A DNA stretch of 52,576 bases. It comes from Anaerolineales bacterium. GTDB taxonomy: Bacteria > Chloroflexota > Anaerolineae > E26-bin7. Location: the NCBI GenBank assembly GCA_004377365.1, contig SOHZ01000648.1, forward strand, positions 1 through 52,576. The letters run 5' to 3'. Made by a program: the position numbers and the translations under genes. Positions 41,181 to 49,482 of the stretch are shown here, one piece after another. Below the pieces are notes generated by a model. It searched no databases and was not told the DNA's origin. It worked only from the letters and a program-made list of their open reading frames with translations. How positions within the stretch are numbered: the first letter of the stretch is position 1; every line of letters starts with the position of its first letter.

Positions 41181-41413
41181 TTCCCCAGCCTTTTTCTTTT
41201 TAAGGTTCAAACTATTGCAAAAGGTAGCAATTGGTGATATACTGGTACGAAGCTTGTTCCATACCACCTCTGAAGGCATCGTGGCGGCATCTGAGCTGTC
41301 AGGGTAGGTCATTATGGTCAAGTGACTATGTGCCCTCCAAGAGGATGCGGCGCACGATTAAGCTATGCCAAATTGTATCAGCAGAGCGACTAAATCTGAA
41401 AGGAGAAAACAGA

Positions 41414-42235
41414 ATGAGAGAGAAACTTTGGACCGTTTTGGCGGTCGTGGTCATCCTCAGTCTGGGGCTGGCAGCCTGTGGCCCCACACCGACGCCGGTG
41501 CCAACCGATACCCCTGTGCCGCCGACGGATACCCCTGTGCCGCCGACGGATACCCCTGTACCGCCGACGGATACCCCTGTACCGCCGACGGATACCCCTG
41601 TGCCGCCGACGGATACCCCTGTGCCGCCGACGGATACCCCTGTACCGCCAACCGATACCCCTGCACCAGCAGCACCGCCTCCCACTCCCACCCCTGTCGC
41701 TTCCCCTGCTCAGGAACACTTTGAGAAGGGATTCGACTACTTCCAACAGGAGAAGTGGGACGAGGCCATGGCCGAGTTCCAGGAAGCCATCCGACTAGAC
41801 CCGGAGTTTGGCGATGCTTACTGGGGATTGGGCTACAGCCATGCCAACAAAGGGGAGTTCGAGAAAGCGATCGAGGCCCTGGAGAAATATCTGCAACTGG
41901 TGCCCGGTGCCAGTGATCGCGCGCAGGTGGAAGCCCACATCCAGCAAATGCGGGACATCCTTGCTTCTCGGCCACCCTGCTGCGAGCCACTGCAACCGGG
42001 CAAGGGGGCGATCTGGTTTGAGAACCACGTGGGCGAAACCGTGCAAGTGGACGTCGGCCCCAATTTCTACGAGGTTCCGCCCAAGGTGGGCGATACACCA
42101 GGTTGCCTCTGCCCTCAACTCGACCCGGGGACCTATCCGGCTATTCTCAAAACAGGGAGTGCAGAAGGACGCTGGGACATTATAATAGAAGCAGGGAAGA
42201 TATGGCCCCAGCCGCTCTCCTACGAGGGATACTAA
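41414..42235 (+). CDS. lipoprotein with PTDTPVP tandem repeats, TPR segment and Cys-containing C-terminal domain
   Basis: ATG at 41414 after AAGGAG. Signal/lipobox '[12 protein letters not shown]'. 8x 'PTDTPVP'. TPR-like '[50 protein letters not shown]'. Confidence 0.7.
   Translation: MREKLWTVLAVVVILSLGLAACGPTPTPVPTDTPVPPTDTPVPPTDTPVPPTDTPVPPTDTPVPPTDTPVPPTDTPVPPTDTPAPAAPPPTPTPVASPAQEHFEKGFDYFQQEKWDEAMAEFQEAIRLDPEFGDAYWGLGYSHANKGEFEKAIEALEKYLQLVPGASDRAQVEAHIQQMRDILASRPPCCEPLQPGKGAIWFENHVGETVQVDVGPNFYEVPPKVGDTPGCLCPQLDPGTYPAILKTGSAEGRWDIIIEAGKIWPQPLSYEGY
41500..41667 (+). repeat. 8 x 21-nt tandem coding repeat (gccgacggatacccctgtRcc)
   Basis: Read directly. The Val codon alternates gtg, gtg, gta, gta, gtg, gtg, gta and then gca (Ala) in the last unit, which suggests duplication of a 4-unit (84-nt) block. 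Confidence 0.9.
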
Positions 42236-42426
42236 GCGAATGAGGCCCGCCGGAACGTTGGAGAGGGTCGGCATCAGGTGAAGAGCATGGCCTATTGGAC
42301 CTCGAAGCGGCGTCCCTTGACACTGCGCCCCATCCATCCCCTGAACTGAACGCTGCTGATACGGATAAGTGGGGAAGGGATGCTTCTATGAATCGGAGCG
42401 TCCCTTTTTCTTTAGCACGCCAGTTG

Positions 42427-43176
42427 TTATGATTGTGTCTGTGTGTCCGATTCGCTGTCCTCTGCCGAGTCTTTCTTCGTTTCTGGTTTCTGAATGGTGA
42501 ACATTGTCTTTACGAGGCTTTCTAGCCATCCCACTACATCACGCATACCGAAGCCAACCAAGGCTCCAGTCCCAAAGGCTGCAAAGTTACTCGCCCCGGT
42601 CACATCTGTTCCCATCGAGCCGCCAAACACGGCGACACCGCCCCGGATCAGTGCCAGAACTACCATCGCCATGCCCGCACCCTCCCACGGTCCGGTAATG
42701 TACTTTCCAAGCCAGCGGGGGTCATAGTTCTTCTGGCGAGCGTAGTGGTGGAACAATACCCGGATCTGATACAATAGGCTGCCCATAATACCGCCAACGA
42801 TTGTGAAGCCAATTGATCGCAACAGAGGGTCTTCCAGTGCCTCTCCGCTCACGCCCATCAAACGCATGAGCGTAAAATTGCTGCTCCAAGTATCGAACAG
42901 AAACCAGAATGAAAAGAGCAGCACGACCATGTAGTAGGCAACTAGAGCGTGCACTTGCACGGAATAGTTGGTAGCTGTAGCATCATGCCGAGTTGGATCA
43001 ACCAAAAGATAACCTTGGCCCCGTTGGGGTGTTGGCGGGAATCGCTCCTCACGCACAACTGTGCGCTCTGGGCCGATCGCTTTTCCTTCTGCATCAACGA
43101 TGGCATACTGGCCAGAGCAAGGACAAGTTTCTCCAGGCTTGAATATCCTTTCCATATTTATTTCCTTTTTCACCAC
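42427..43176 (-). CDS. YjzC-like N-terminal domain fused to a 4-TM membrane domain (hypothetical)
   Basis: 'FKPGETCPCSGQYAIVDAEGKAIGPERTVVREERFPPTPQRGQGY' resembles the YjzC family, and four hydrophobic helices follow. The start is ambiguous: GTG at 43173/43176 after AAGGAGG, or ATG at 43155. Confidence 0.55.
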   Translation of the reverse strand: MVKKEINMERIFKPGETCPCSGQYAIVDAEGKAIGPERTVVREERFPPTPQRGQGYLLVDPTRHDATATNYSVQVHALVAYYMVVLLFSFWFLFDTWSSNFTLMRLMGVSGEALEDPLLRSIGFTIVGGIMGSLLYQIRVLFHHYARQKNYDPRWLGKYITGPWEGAGMAMVVLALIRGGVAVFGGSMGTDVTGASNFAAFGTGALVGFGMRDVVGWLESLVKTMFTIQKPETKKDSAEDSESDTQTQS

Positions 43177-43218
43177 ACACCTCCTTTGCTATTGCTATGT
43201 TGTTCATCATCCTCGGTT

Positions 43219-44082
43219 TCAGAACTGATTTATCGTGGCTTCCACCAGACGGGCGGCGTTCTCGGCGGCAAGATGGACGTTTCGTCGCATCCGCATCCGC
43301 CTGGATGCAATCGTGGGGTTGCTCAAAAGATACCACAATTTGCGCCCCCAGCCTCGGATCCTGTCCCATGGCGATCGCGGGTCGTCAAGGTAATCCAGCA
43401 GGGGGGTAAAGTCGAATCCTGTGCTGGCGTCGGCCTGGTCGCTGATGGCCCGTACCACCAGCCATGGTCGGCTGTTGGCCGCTGCTACCTGAGCCACGGC
43501 TGCTCCTTCCATTTCCACTGCCAGGGCCTCAAAGGTCCTGTACAGCCACTCCTTCTTCCCCTGGGAAAAGATGACCTGATCGCCGGTGACGATGGTGCCA
43601 ACTCGTACAGCAGGGGGGCGCTTTCTGTTTCCCCTTGGCCAGAGGAGGTCCTCGCCAGCGCTGAGAGCAGCCTGCACCAGACGGGGTTCGGCCTGGAAAG
43701 CCCTCACCCAGCCTTGTCGGCCCTGGCCATTGCTGGCCATCACCCCGCAGAACTTGAAATCGCTGAGGTAGACGCCCGCGTCGTGGGGGATGACTCTGGC
43801 TCCAATGACCACGTCGCCGATTTCGACCTGTGGGGCCACGGCTCCGGCTGAACCGCTGAGGATCAGGGGGGCGGCATCGAACCGATCAATGAGCGCCTGG
43901 GCGGCCATAGCGGCATTGACTTTGCCCATCGCCATCCTGGCCAGCACAGCGTCCCTGCCTTGGTAGATTCCCTGGTAGAAAGTAGCCATCCCGTGCCGGG
44001 TTTTGGTTTCGACTTGAATCTTCTCCAAAAGGGGGTGACTCTCATGGCCTACGGCCAGCAGGCCAATGGGTTGTTTCATCAT
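43219..44082 (-). CDS. PNP_UDP_1 family nucleosidase/phosphorylase (MTA/SAH-nucleosidase-like)
   Basis: The ATG at 44082 overlaps the radical-SAM stop (ATGA). 'GIYQGRDAVLARMAMGKVNAAMAAQALIDRFDAAPLILSGSAGAV' and 'AVEMEGAAVAQVA' are family motifs. The C-terminus carries an ~60 aa extension. Confidence 0.7.
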   Translation of the reverse strand: MMKQPIGLLAVGHESHPLLEKIQVETKTRHGMATFYQGIYQGRDAVLARMAMGKVNAAMAAQALIDRFDAAPLILSGSAGAVAPQVEIGDVVIGARVIPHDAGVYLSDFKFCGVMASNGQGRQGWVRAFQAEPRLVQAALSAGEDLLWPRGNRKRPPAVRVGTIVTGDQVIFSQGKKEWLYRTFEALAVEMEGAAVAQVAAANSRPWLVVRAISDQADASTGFDFTPLLDYLDDPRSPWDRIRGWGRKLWYLLSNPTIASRRMRMRRNVHLAAENAARLVEATINQF

Positions 44083-45359
44083 TTGGCCTGATCCCCAATC
44101 GCTGCTTGTTCGCTCATAGCCTGCAAGCACCCTGGGTCTTTGGCGTAAAAGTCGCCTGTCACGAAATAGGCAATGCGGCGGCATCCCTTGCAGTAATCCC
44201 GTACGTTACAAATGCTGCACCTGCCTTTCAGTTTGGGCGTCATTTCCCGGAATCGCCAAAGGACAGCCGCTTCGCGCCAAATGGATCCCAAGCCGGCTTC
44301 AGTTACATCGCCAGCGCAGAACTCCCTATCAGAGAATTGAGAGCAAGGGTAGACCTGGCCGTTGGCACGCACCGCGATGCTGCGAACCCCAGCATCACAG
44401 CCATAGATGGCATGGGCCTGTAACTCATCGTTGGTGAGATCACCCATCAGGAAAACTAGAGCCGAGTCCACGGTGAAGCGCACCTCCGGGTATTCCAGGG
44501 TCAGGCGGTCCAGTTCTCGTCTGAGCTTTATGAATTCCTTCGGAAGGGGTGAATAACGGTGAAACCACTCGGTGTCGTTGGCAGCGGGCTTGGGGCGCAA
44601 GGCGTTGACCTGTCGTGCACCTTGCTCTACGGCCAGGCGAGCCGTGCGAGAGAAATCACTCCCGCGTGTCACGAGGATATTCACCCCGAAGGCCACGTCC
44701 ATTTCTCTCAGCAGCCTCATGGCAGACAGCGTCTTCTCAAAGCTACCTGGTGTGCGATGAGTTTCGTGGCTCTCAGCGTCGTAGCCGTTGAGGGAGAGTT
44801 GTATCTGGCCGACGGAGCCTTTGATCTCAGCCAGCCTCTCCCGTGTCAGGAGAGTTCCATTGGTCGTCACGTTGGGCACCAGTCCCCGTTGGCGAGCGTA
44901 GCGCACCAGATGACCCAAATCATTCCGCAAGAAAGGCTCGCCGCCGCCCATAGCTAACTGAAAGACTTTTATCTCGGCCAGTTCGTTGATGAGTTGCTCG
45001 ACCTGGGATGTGTTCAAGGGTGGGTCCTTACTTTTGAGTACGTAACAGGCCGGACAATCCAGGTTGCAGGCTTCGGTCAGGGAGAGGTGGACAGTGGTGG
45101 GAGCACTGAGGTAGGTGGGGGGCAGAGGGCAGGAAGCACAGGACGAGGAGCGATGGACAAAGGACACGTTGACAGGGGGCAGGGGGAGTGGATCGTGAGT
45201 TTCACCAATGGAGAGGAAGCGATGTTCTATCAGTCTTTCAGCGAGTTCTTGCACATCTGCTTCTTTTTGCTCCTTTGTCGGCTGGTCAAGGGAATAGAAC
45301 TCGTAGGTAGAGGAGCTGTGATCGGTGGCATAGCCAGTGCGGCAACTCATGATTTTCAT
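44079..45359 (-). CDS. radical SAM enzyme with SPASM-type C-terminal domain and ~95 aa N-terminal extension
   Basis: 'LTEACNLDCPACY' (CX3CX2C). SPASM-like 'GQVYPCSQFSDREFCAGDV' and 'GRCSICNVRDYCKGCRR'. A CAGGAGG RBS is present. Confidence 0.8.
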   Translation of the reverse strand: MKIMSCRTGYATDHSSSTYEFYSLDQPTKEQKEADVQELAERLIEHRFLSIGETHDPLPLPPVNVSFVHRSSSCASCPLPPTYLSAPTTVHLSLTEACNLDCPACYVLKSKDPPLNTSQVEQLINELAEIKVFQLAMGGGEPFLRNDLGHLVRYARQRGLVPNVTTNGTLLTRERLAEIKGSVGQIQLSLNGYDAESHETHRTPGSFEKTLSAMRLLREMDVAFGVNILVTRGSDFSRTARLAVEQGARQVNALRPKPAANDTEWFHRYSPLPKEFIKLRRELDRLTLEYPEVRFTVDSALVFLMGDLTNDELQAHAIYGCDAGVRSIAVRANGQVYPCSQFSDREFCAGDVTEAGLGSIWREAAVLWRFREMTPKLKGRCSICNVRDYCKGCRRIAYFVTGDFYAKDPGCLQAMSEQAAIGDQAK

Positions 45360-45426
45360 GGGATTCCTCCTGAAAGGGTGATTTCTACATAACTGGATAC
45401 TAGGAATTTTCTTCTGGAGTAGCGAA

Positions 45427-45473
45427 CTCTTCGACTATCCCTTCGACCTTGCTCAGGGCAGGGCTCAGGGCAG
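45427..45473. repeat. REP-like element copy D
   Basis: tcttcgactatcccttcgaccttgctcagggcagggctcaggg. It belongs to the same motif family as copies A-C and overlaps the last codons of ORF 45465-45980. Confidence 0.6.
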
Positions 45474-45980
45474 GACTTGCTTTGCGTTCGCTGGCGCAGA
45501 ACAAGTTCTGCTACTCCGCCGATGGGCCAAGTTCACTTGGAGCGTCCGTTCGAACTGCTCACGGTTGGGACGCGCACTGAAGTAGATCAGGTGAGCGGGG
45601 CAGCGGCATTCGGAGGAGCCAAAGCCCCGCAAGGGGACTTGCGCCCCCGACAGCTCTCTGGCAACCTCGCTCCATTTGCACTCCAGTCTCTCTTCTGAGG
45701 CAGCACTCCACACTTCGACCAGTTGCGCTCGCTGGAGCAGGTAGTCAATGTGCCAGTGGAACTTTTTGCCCTTTTGGCGAGAGCTCGACTGTGAGGAACT
45801 CTTGCTGTCGCGCCGGTGGTGGGCCAGCCGCGCCCGCAGCCCGCCCGGTCCCAGAGCGCTGCCCACGTAGAGATAATACCCCGCAGGGAAGTCAAAGGTG
45901 CCCAGCTTGCCGACGGTGATCCTCTCTTGTTTGTCCAGCTTGAGCAGCAAGGCATAAGTGCCTGCTTTAGCCTCAGTCAT
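45465..45980 (-). CDS. DUF123 / GIY-YIG (URI) superfamily nuclease-like protein
   Basis: 'GTYALLLKLDKQERITVGKLGTFDFPAGYYLYVGSALGPGGLRARLAHH' plus 'KFHWHIDYL' match DUF123. The start is taken at M26 (45980). A Ser-rich insert 'RRDSKSSSQSSSRQKGKK' lies between the two motifs. Confidence 0.6.
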   Translation of the reverse strand: MTEAKAGTYALLLKLDKQERITVGKLGTFDFPAGYYLYVGSALGPGGLRARLAHHRRDSKSSSQSSSRQKGKKFHWHIDYLLQRAQLVEVWSAASEERLECKWSEVARELSGAQVPLRGFGSSECRCPAHLIYFSARPNREQFERTLQVNLAHRRSSRTCSAPANAKQVLP

Positions 45981-46129
45981 TTCGATCACAATTATAGCAG
46001 CACTCACGGCAATTGTAAATTGGGCCAAAAACTGGTATAATCTTCGACGGGACAATCGTGATCCTGAGCCGTTGGCGGGAGGCTGGACCGAAGTGTGGGA
46101 TAATGAAGATGCGGAAGGGAGTTGTTGAG

Positions 46130-46417
46130 ATGGATACAGTAACTGTTCAATTGCCCTTGGACATACTTAAGGCGGCAAAGGTTCCTGAAGACCAGGCGAC
46201 GACAGAGGTCAAGAAGATAATCGTGCTGTTCCTGTACGATAGAAGCACCATCTCTTTGGCCAAAGCCTGCGAACTGCTCGGTATAAGCCAATGGGAGTTC
46301 TTCGAGTTGAACAAGGAGTTTGGGCTGGCAATTCACTATGATGTCGAAGATTATCGGGAAGATGTAGAGGGCATTAGAATCGGCGATGAGATCTACCGAG
46401 CGGTGTTGGGCCTCTGA
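46130..46417 (+). CDS. UPF0175 family antitoxin-like protein
   Basis: 'VTVQLPLDILKAAKVPEDQATTEVKKIIVLFLYDRSTISLAKACELLGISQWEFFELNKEFG' matches the UPF0175 pattern. Confidence 0.65.
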   Translation: MDTVTVQLPLDILKAAKVPEDQATTEVKKIIVLFLYDRSTISLAKACELLGISQWEFFELNKEFGLAIHYDVEDYREDVEGIRIGDEIYRAVLGL

Positions 46418-46443
46418 GAATCGTAACTTGAAGCAGGTGCTAT

Positions 46444-46761
46444 ATGGACATACCAGTTCAAACCAAGGAGAGAACTCTTTCACTTATTGAAGAGCATCGG
46501 GATAGGATTAAAGCCCTGGGAGTGAGGAAACTCGGCTTGTTCGGTTCCTTTGTGCGCGAAGAACAGGGTGTGGAAAGTGACATAGATTTGCTCGTGGAGT
46601 TTGAGCAGGGCAAAAAGACGTTTGATAACTTTATGCAGCTCTGCTTCTTTTTGGAAGACTTGCTCAAAAGACGCGTTGAATTGGTAACACCCGAGTCTCT
46701 TAGTCCCTATATTGGTCCTCGTATTATGAGCGAGGTTGAGTATGTCACTTTCATCCCTTGA
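46444..46761 (+). CDS. MNT-type nucleotidyltransferase (MntA antitoxin)
   Basis: 'LGLFGSFVREEQGVESDIDLLVEF' is the minimal NTase motif (GS..R......D.D). Confidence 0.8.
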   Translation: MDIPVQTKERTLSLIEEHRDRIKALGVRKLGLFGSFVREEQGVESDIDLLVEFEQGKKTFDNFMQLCFFLEDLLKRRVELVTPESLSPYIGPRIMSEVEYVTFIP

Positions 46762-47089
46762 ATACCTGCAGCATATCTTGGACGAAACGGCATACCTTGT
46801 AGACCGGGCAAAGGGACTAAGCAGAAATGAGTTCATGCAAGACGAAACGTTGAAAAGGGCTTTTGTGCGCAGTTTAGAGATTATCGGTGAAGCAACAAAA
46901 AATGTATCCGCGGACCTCAGGCAAAAATACAGTCATGTTGACTGGAGAGCAATGGCCGGAATGCGAGACCGATTGATACACCGTTATTTCGGTATAGACT
47001 ATGACATTGTGTGGGATGTTGTCATAAACAAAGTACCATTGCTCCAGCAAGAGATTCGGCAAATCATTCAAAACGAAAGCGATAGCTAG
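46742..47089 (+). CDS. HEPN/DUF86 toxin (HepT)
   Basis: 'MRDRLIHRYFGIDYDIVWDVV' contains the R-x4-H HEPN motif. The gene overlaps the MNT gene by 20 nt, with a GAGG RBS 6 nt before the ATG at 46742. Confidence 0.8.
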   Translation: MSLSSLEYLQHILDETAYLVDRAKGLSRNEFMQDETLKRAFVRSLEIIGEATKNVSADLRQKYSHVDWRAMAGMRDRLIHRYFGIDYDIVWDVVINKVPLLQQEIRQIIQNESDS

Positions 47090-47100
47090 GGGAGGTTCAC

Positions 47101-48093
47101 ATGAGAATTGTGTTAGATGCGATGGGCGGCGACTACGCCCCGGAGGTGGTGGTGGAGGGTGGGGTGATGGCTGCCAGGGAGTACGGCATAGAGGTGGTGC
47201 TGGTGGGTCCCCAGGAGGTGGTGGACGCCGAACTGGCCAAGCACGATACGACTGGGCTGTCGCTGCCCGTCGTCCACGCCAGCCAGGTCATCGAGATGAC
47301 CGACGAACCGTCCATGTCCGCCAGGAAGAAGAAGGACTCCTCTATGGTGGTGGGCATGAACTTGGTAAAGAACGGCGAGGCCGACGCCTTTACCACCGCT
47401 GGGAACTCGGGCGGTGCGCTGGCGGCGGCCCTCTTCCGCCTGGGCCGGATCAAAGGCATCAAGCGACCAGCCCTGTCCACTGTCTTCCCCACGCAGAAGG
47501 GCCTATGCTTCATCTGTGACGTGGGGGCCAACACCGATTGCAGGCCTGTCTACTTGTTGCAATTCGGGATCATGGCCAGCGCCTACGCCGAGCGGGTGCT
47601 GGGCATCCCCAACCCCAGGGTGGGCATTGTCTCCAACGGGGAGGAGGAGGGCAAGGGCAACATCCTGGTCAAGGAAGCCTTCAGGCTGCTCAAGAAAAGT
47701 GACCTCAACTTCATTGGCAATTTGGAGGGCAAGGATATCCCCGCTGGCCTGGCCGACGTGGTGGTCACCGATGGCTTCAGCGGAAACATCGTGATCAAGC
47801 TGTCTGAGGGCGTGGCCAGCCTTCTGATGAGGGTCATGGAAGAGGAGATCAAAAAGAGCCCCATGGCCGTGCTCGGCGCACTGCTGGCCAGGAGCGCTCT
47901 GCGGGAGGTGAAGAGCCGCCTCGATTACAGTGAGTATGCTGGCGCGCCCTTGCTGGGAGTGGATGGGGTGGTCATCGTAGGCCATGGCCGCTCCAACGCC
48001 AAGGCCATCAAGAACATGGTCCGCGTGGGCAAAGAGTCTGTGGAAAAGGGGATGTTGGAGGCGCTCAAGGAGGGGATAGCAGGGAGCGTGTAG
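47101..48093 (+). CDS. plsX: phosphate acyltransferase PlsX
   Basis: 'MRIVLDAMGGDYAPEVVVEG', 'TAGNSGG' and 'GAPLLGVDGVVIVGHGRSNAKAIKN' are PlsX signatures. Confidence 0.9.
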   Translation: MRIVLDAMGGDYAPEVVVEGGVMAAREYGIEVVLVGPQEVVDAELAKHDTTGLSLPVVHASQVIEMTDEPSMSARKKKDSSMVVGMNLVKNGEADAFTTAGNSGGALAAALFRLGRIKGIKRPALSTVFPTQKGLCFICDVGANTDCRPVYLLQFGIMASAYAERVLGIPNPRVGIVSNGEEEGKGNILVKEAFRLLKKSDLNFIGNLEGKDIPAGLADVVVTDGFSGNIVIKLSEGVASLLMRVMEEEIKKSPMAVLGALLARSALREVKSRLDYSEYAGAPLLGVDGVVIVGHGRSNAKAIKNMVRVGKESVEKGMLEALKEGIAGSV

Positions 48094-48183
48094 CAGATGG
48101 CAGATGGCAGATTGCGAATCGCGTATCCCTGATAGATGAATTGAGGCTACATTTTTGCAGCCGATGAAAGGAAAGAGCATAGC

Positions 48184-49443
48184 ATGGCAAGACAGCGTAG
48201 CATGAGAGAAAGAGTCGTCATCACGGGCCTGGGGGCTATCACACCCTTGGGTCTGACGGTGAAGGAGACGTGGGAGGGTTTGGTGGCTGGCAGGTCGGGA
48301 GTGGGTCCTGTCACCCAGTTCGATGCCAGCTCCTTTCCCACCCGTATCGCTGGCGAGGTAAAGGGCTTTGACCCCAAGCAGTACATCAACTTCAAAGAAG
48401 CGCGGCGTATGGCCCGCTGCTCGCAACTGGCCGTCGCCGCCGCTCAAGAGGCCCTGGCCGATGCTGGGCTTTCGCTGCCCTTTGCCGATGAGGAGAGAGT
48501 GGGCGTTCTCATCGGCAGCACCGTAGGTGGCATGGAGCTAGTCGAGCAGGGCCTGCGCACGTTGTGGGAGAGGGGGCTCTCGCGAGTCAAACCTTATGCT
48601 GTCGCTGCTGGCGTGCCCAATATGCCAGCCCACCACATCAGTCGGGCTTTCCAGGCTAGAGGCTACAATTCTACGATCTCGACTGCTTGTGCCTCCGGCA
48701 CCCAGGCTGTTGGCGAGGCGGCCGAGGTCATCCGCCGCGGAGCAGCCGACGTCATGATCAGCGGTGGGGTGGAGGCCATGATCTGCGAGGTACCCTTCGC
48801 TGGCTTTGCTGCCATGAGAGCAATATCCACCCGCAACGAGGAGCCGGAGAAGGCTTCCCGTCCTTTCGAGGCCCATCGGGATGGATTTGTCATCGCCGAA
48901 GGATGTGCTGTGCTTATCCTGGAGAGCCTGGAACAGGCTCTGGCACGGGGGGCTCGCATTTATGCTGAACTCCTGGGGTATGGCTGCTCGTCGGATGCTT
49001 ATCACATGGCCGCTCCAGATCCGACGGGAGCCGGGCCGGTGCTGGCCATGCGTTGGGCTCTGGAGGACGCAGGAGTAGAGATAGCCGACGTTGACTACAT
49101 CAACGCTCATGGCCCTGGCACGCCCCTCGGCGACGCCGCCGAGACCAAGGCTATCAAGATGCTCTTCGGCGAGCGTGCCTACAAAGTGCCCGTCAGTTCC
49201 ACCAAGTCTATGATCGGCCACTCTCTGGGTGGGGCTGGAGCTATCGAAGCCCTGGCCTGCACCCTCACCATCCGGGACAACGTCATCCATCCCACTATCA
49301 ATTATGAGACCCCTGATCCCGAATGCGACCTGGACTATGTGCCCAACGTGGCCCGTTCCGCTCAGGTCGACTTCATCCTCTCCAATTCTTTTGGCCTGGG
49401 AGGGCAAAACGCCTGTCTGGTTCTGGGTCGGTTCACCCCATAG
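48184..49443 (+). CDS. fabF: beta-ketoacyl-ACP synthase II
   Basis: 'RVVITGLGAITPLG', active-site 'ACASG', 'INAHGPGTPLGD' and 'SFGLGGQNACLVL' are present. Confidence 0.9.
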   Translation: MARQRSMRERVVITGLGAITPLGLTVKETWEGLVAGRSGVGPVTQFDASSFPTRIAGEVKGFDPKQYINFKEARRMARCSQLAVAAAQEALADAGLSLPFADEERVGVLIGSTVGGMELVEQGLRTLWERGLSRVKPYAVAAGVPNMPAHHISRAFQARGYNSTISTACASGTQAVGEAAEVIRRGAADVMISGGVEAMICEVPFAGFAAMRAISTRNEEPEKASRPFEAHRDGFVIAEGCAVLILESLEQALARGARIYAELLGYGCSSDAYHMAAPDPTGAGPVLAMRWALEDAGVEIADVDYINAHGPGTPLGDAAETKAIKMLFGERAYKVPVSSTKSMIGHSLGGAGAIEALACTLTIRDNVIHPTINYETPDPECDLDYVPNVARSAQVDFILSNSFGLGGQNACLVLGRFTP

Positions 49444-49482
49444 GGCAGGGAGAGGGGAGAGAAATTCAAGAAAGGATAAGCA

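Noticed and set aside
41001-41321. 106-aa minus-strand ORF in the FdrA / lipoprotein spacer.
   Set aside because: The plus strand of the same DNA carries a convincing carboxyltransferase relic. The minus ORF has no motifs or RBS and is most likely spurious.
41326-42098. Several long ORFs on both strands across the PTDTPVP repeat (for example 41457-42098 minus and 41365-41724 plus).
   Set aside because: They are frame artefacts of the 21-nt tandem repeat. Only the plus frame starting at 41414 has an RBS, a lipoprotein signal and a TPR domain.
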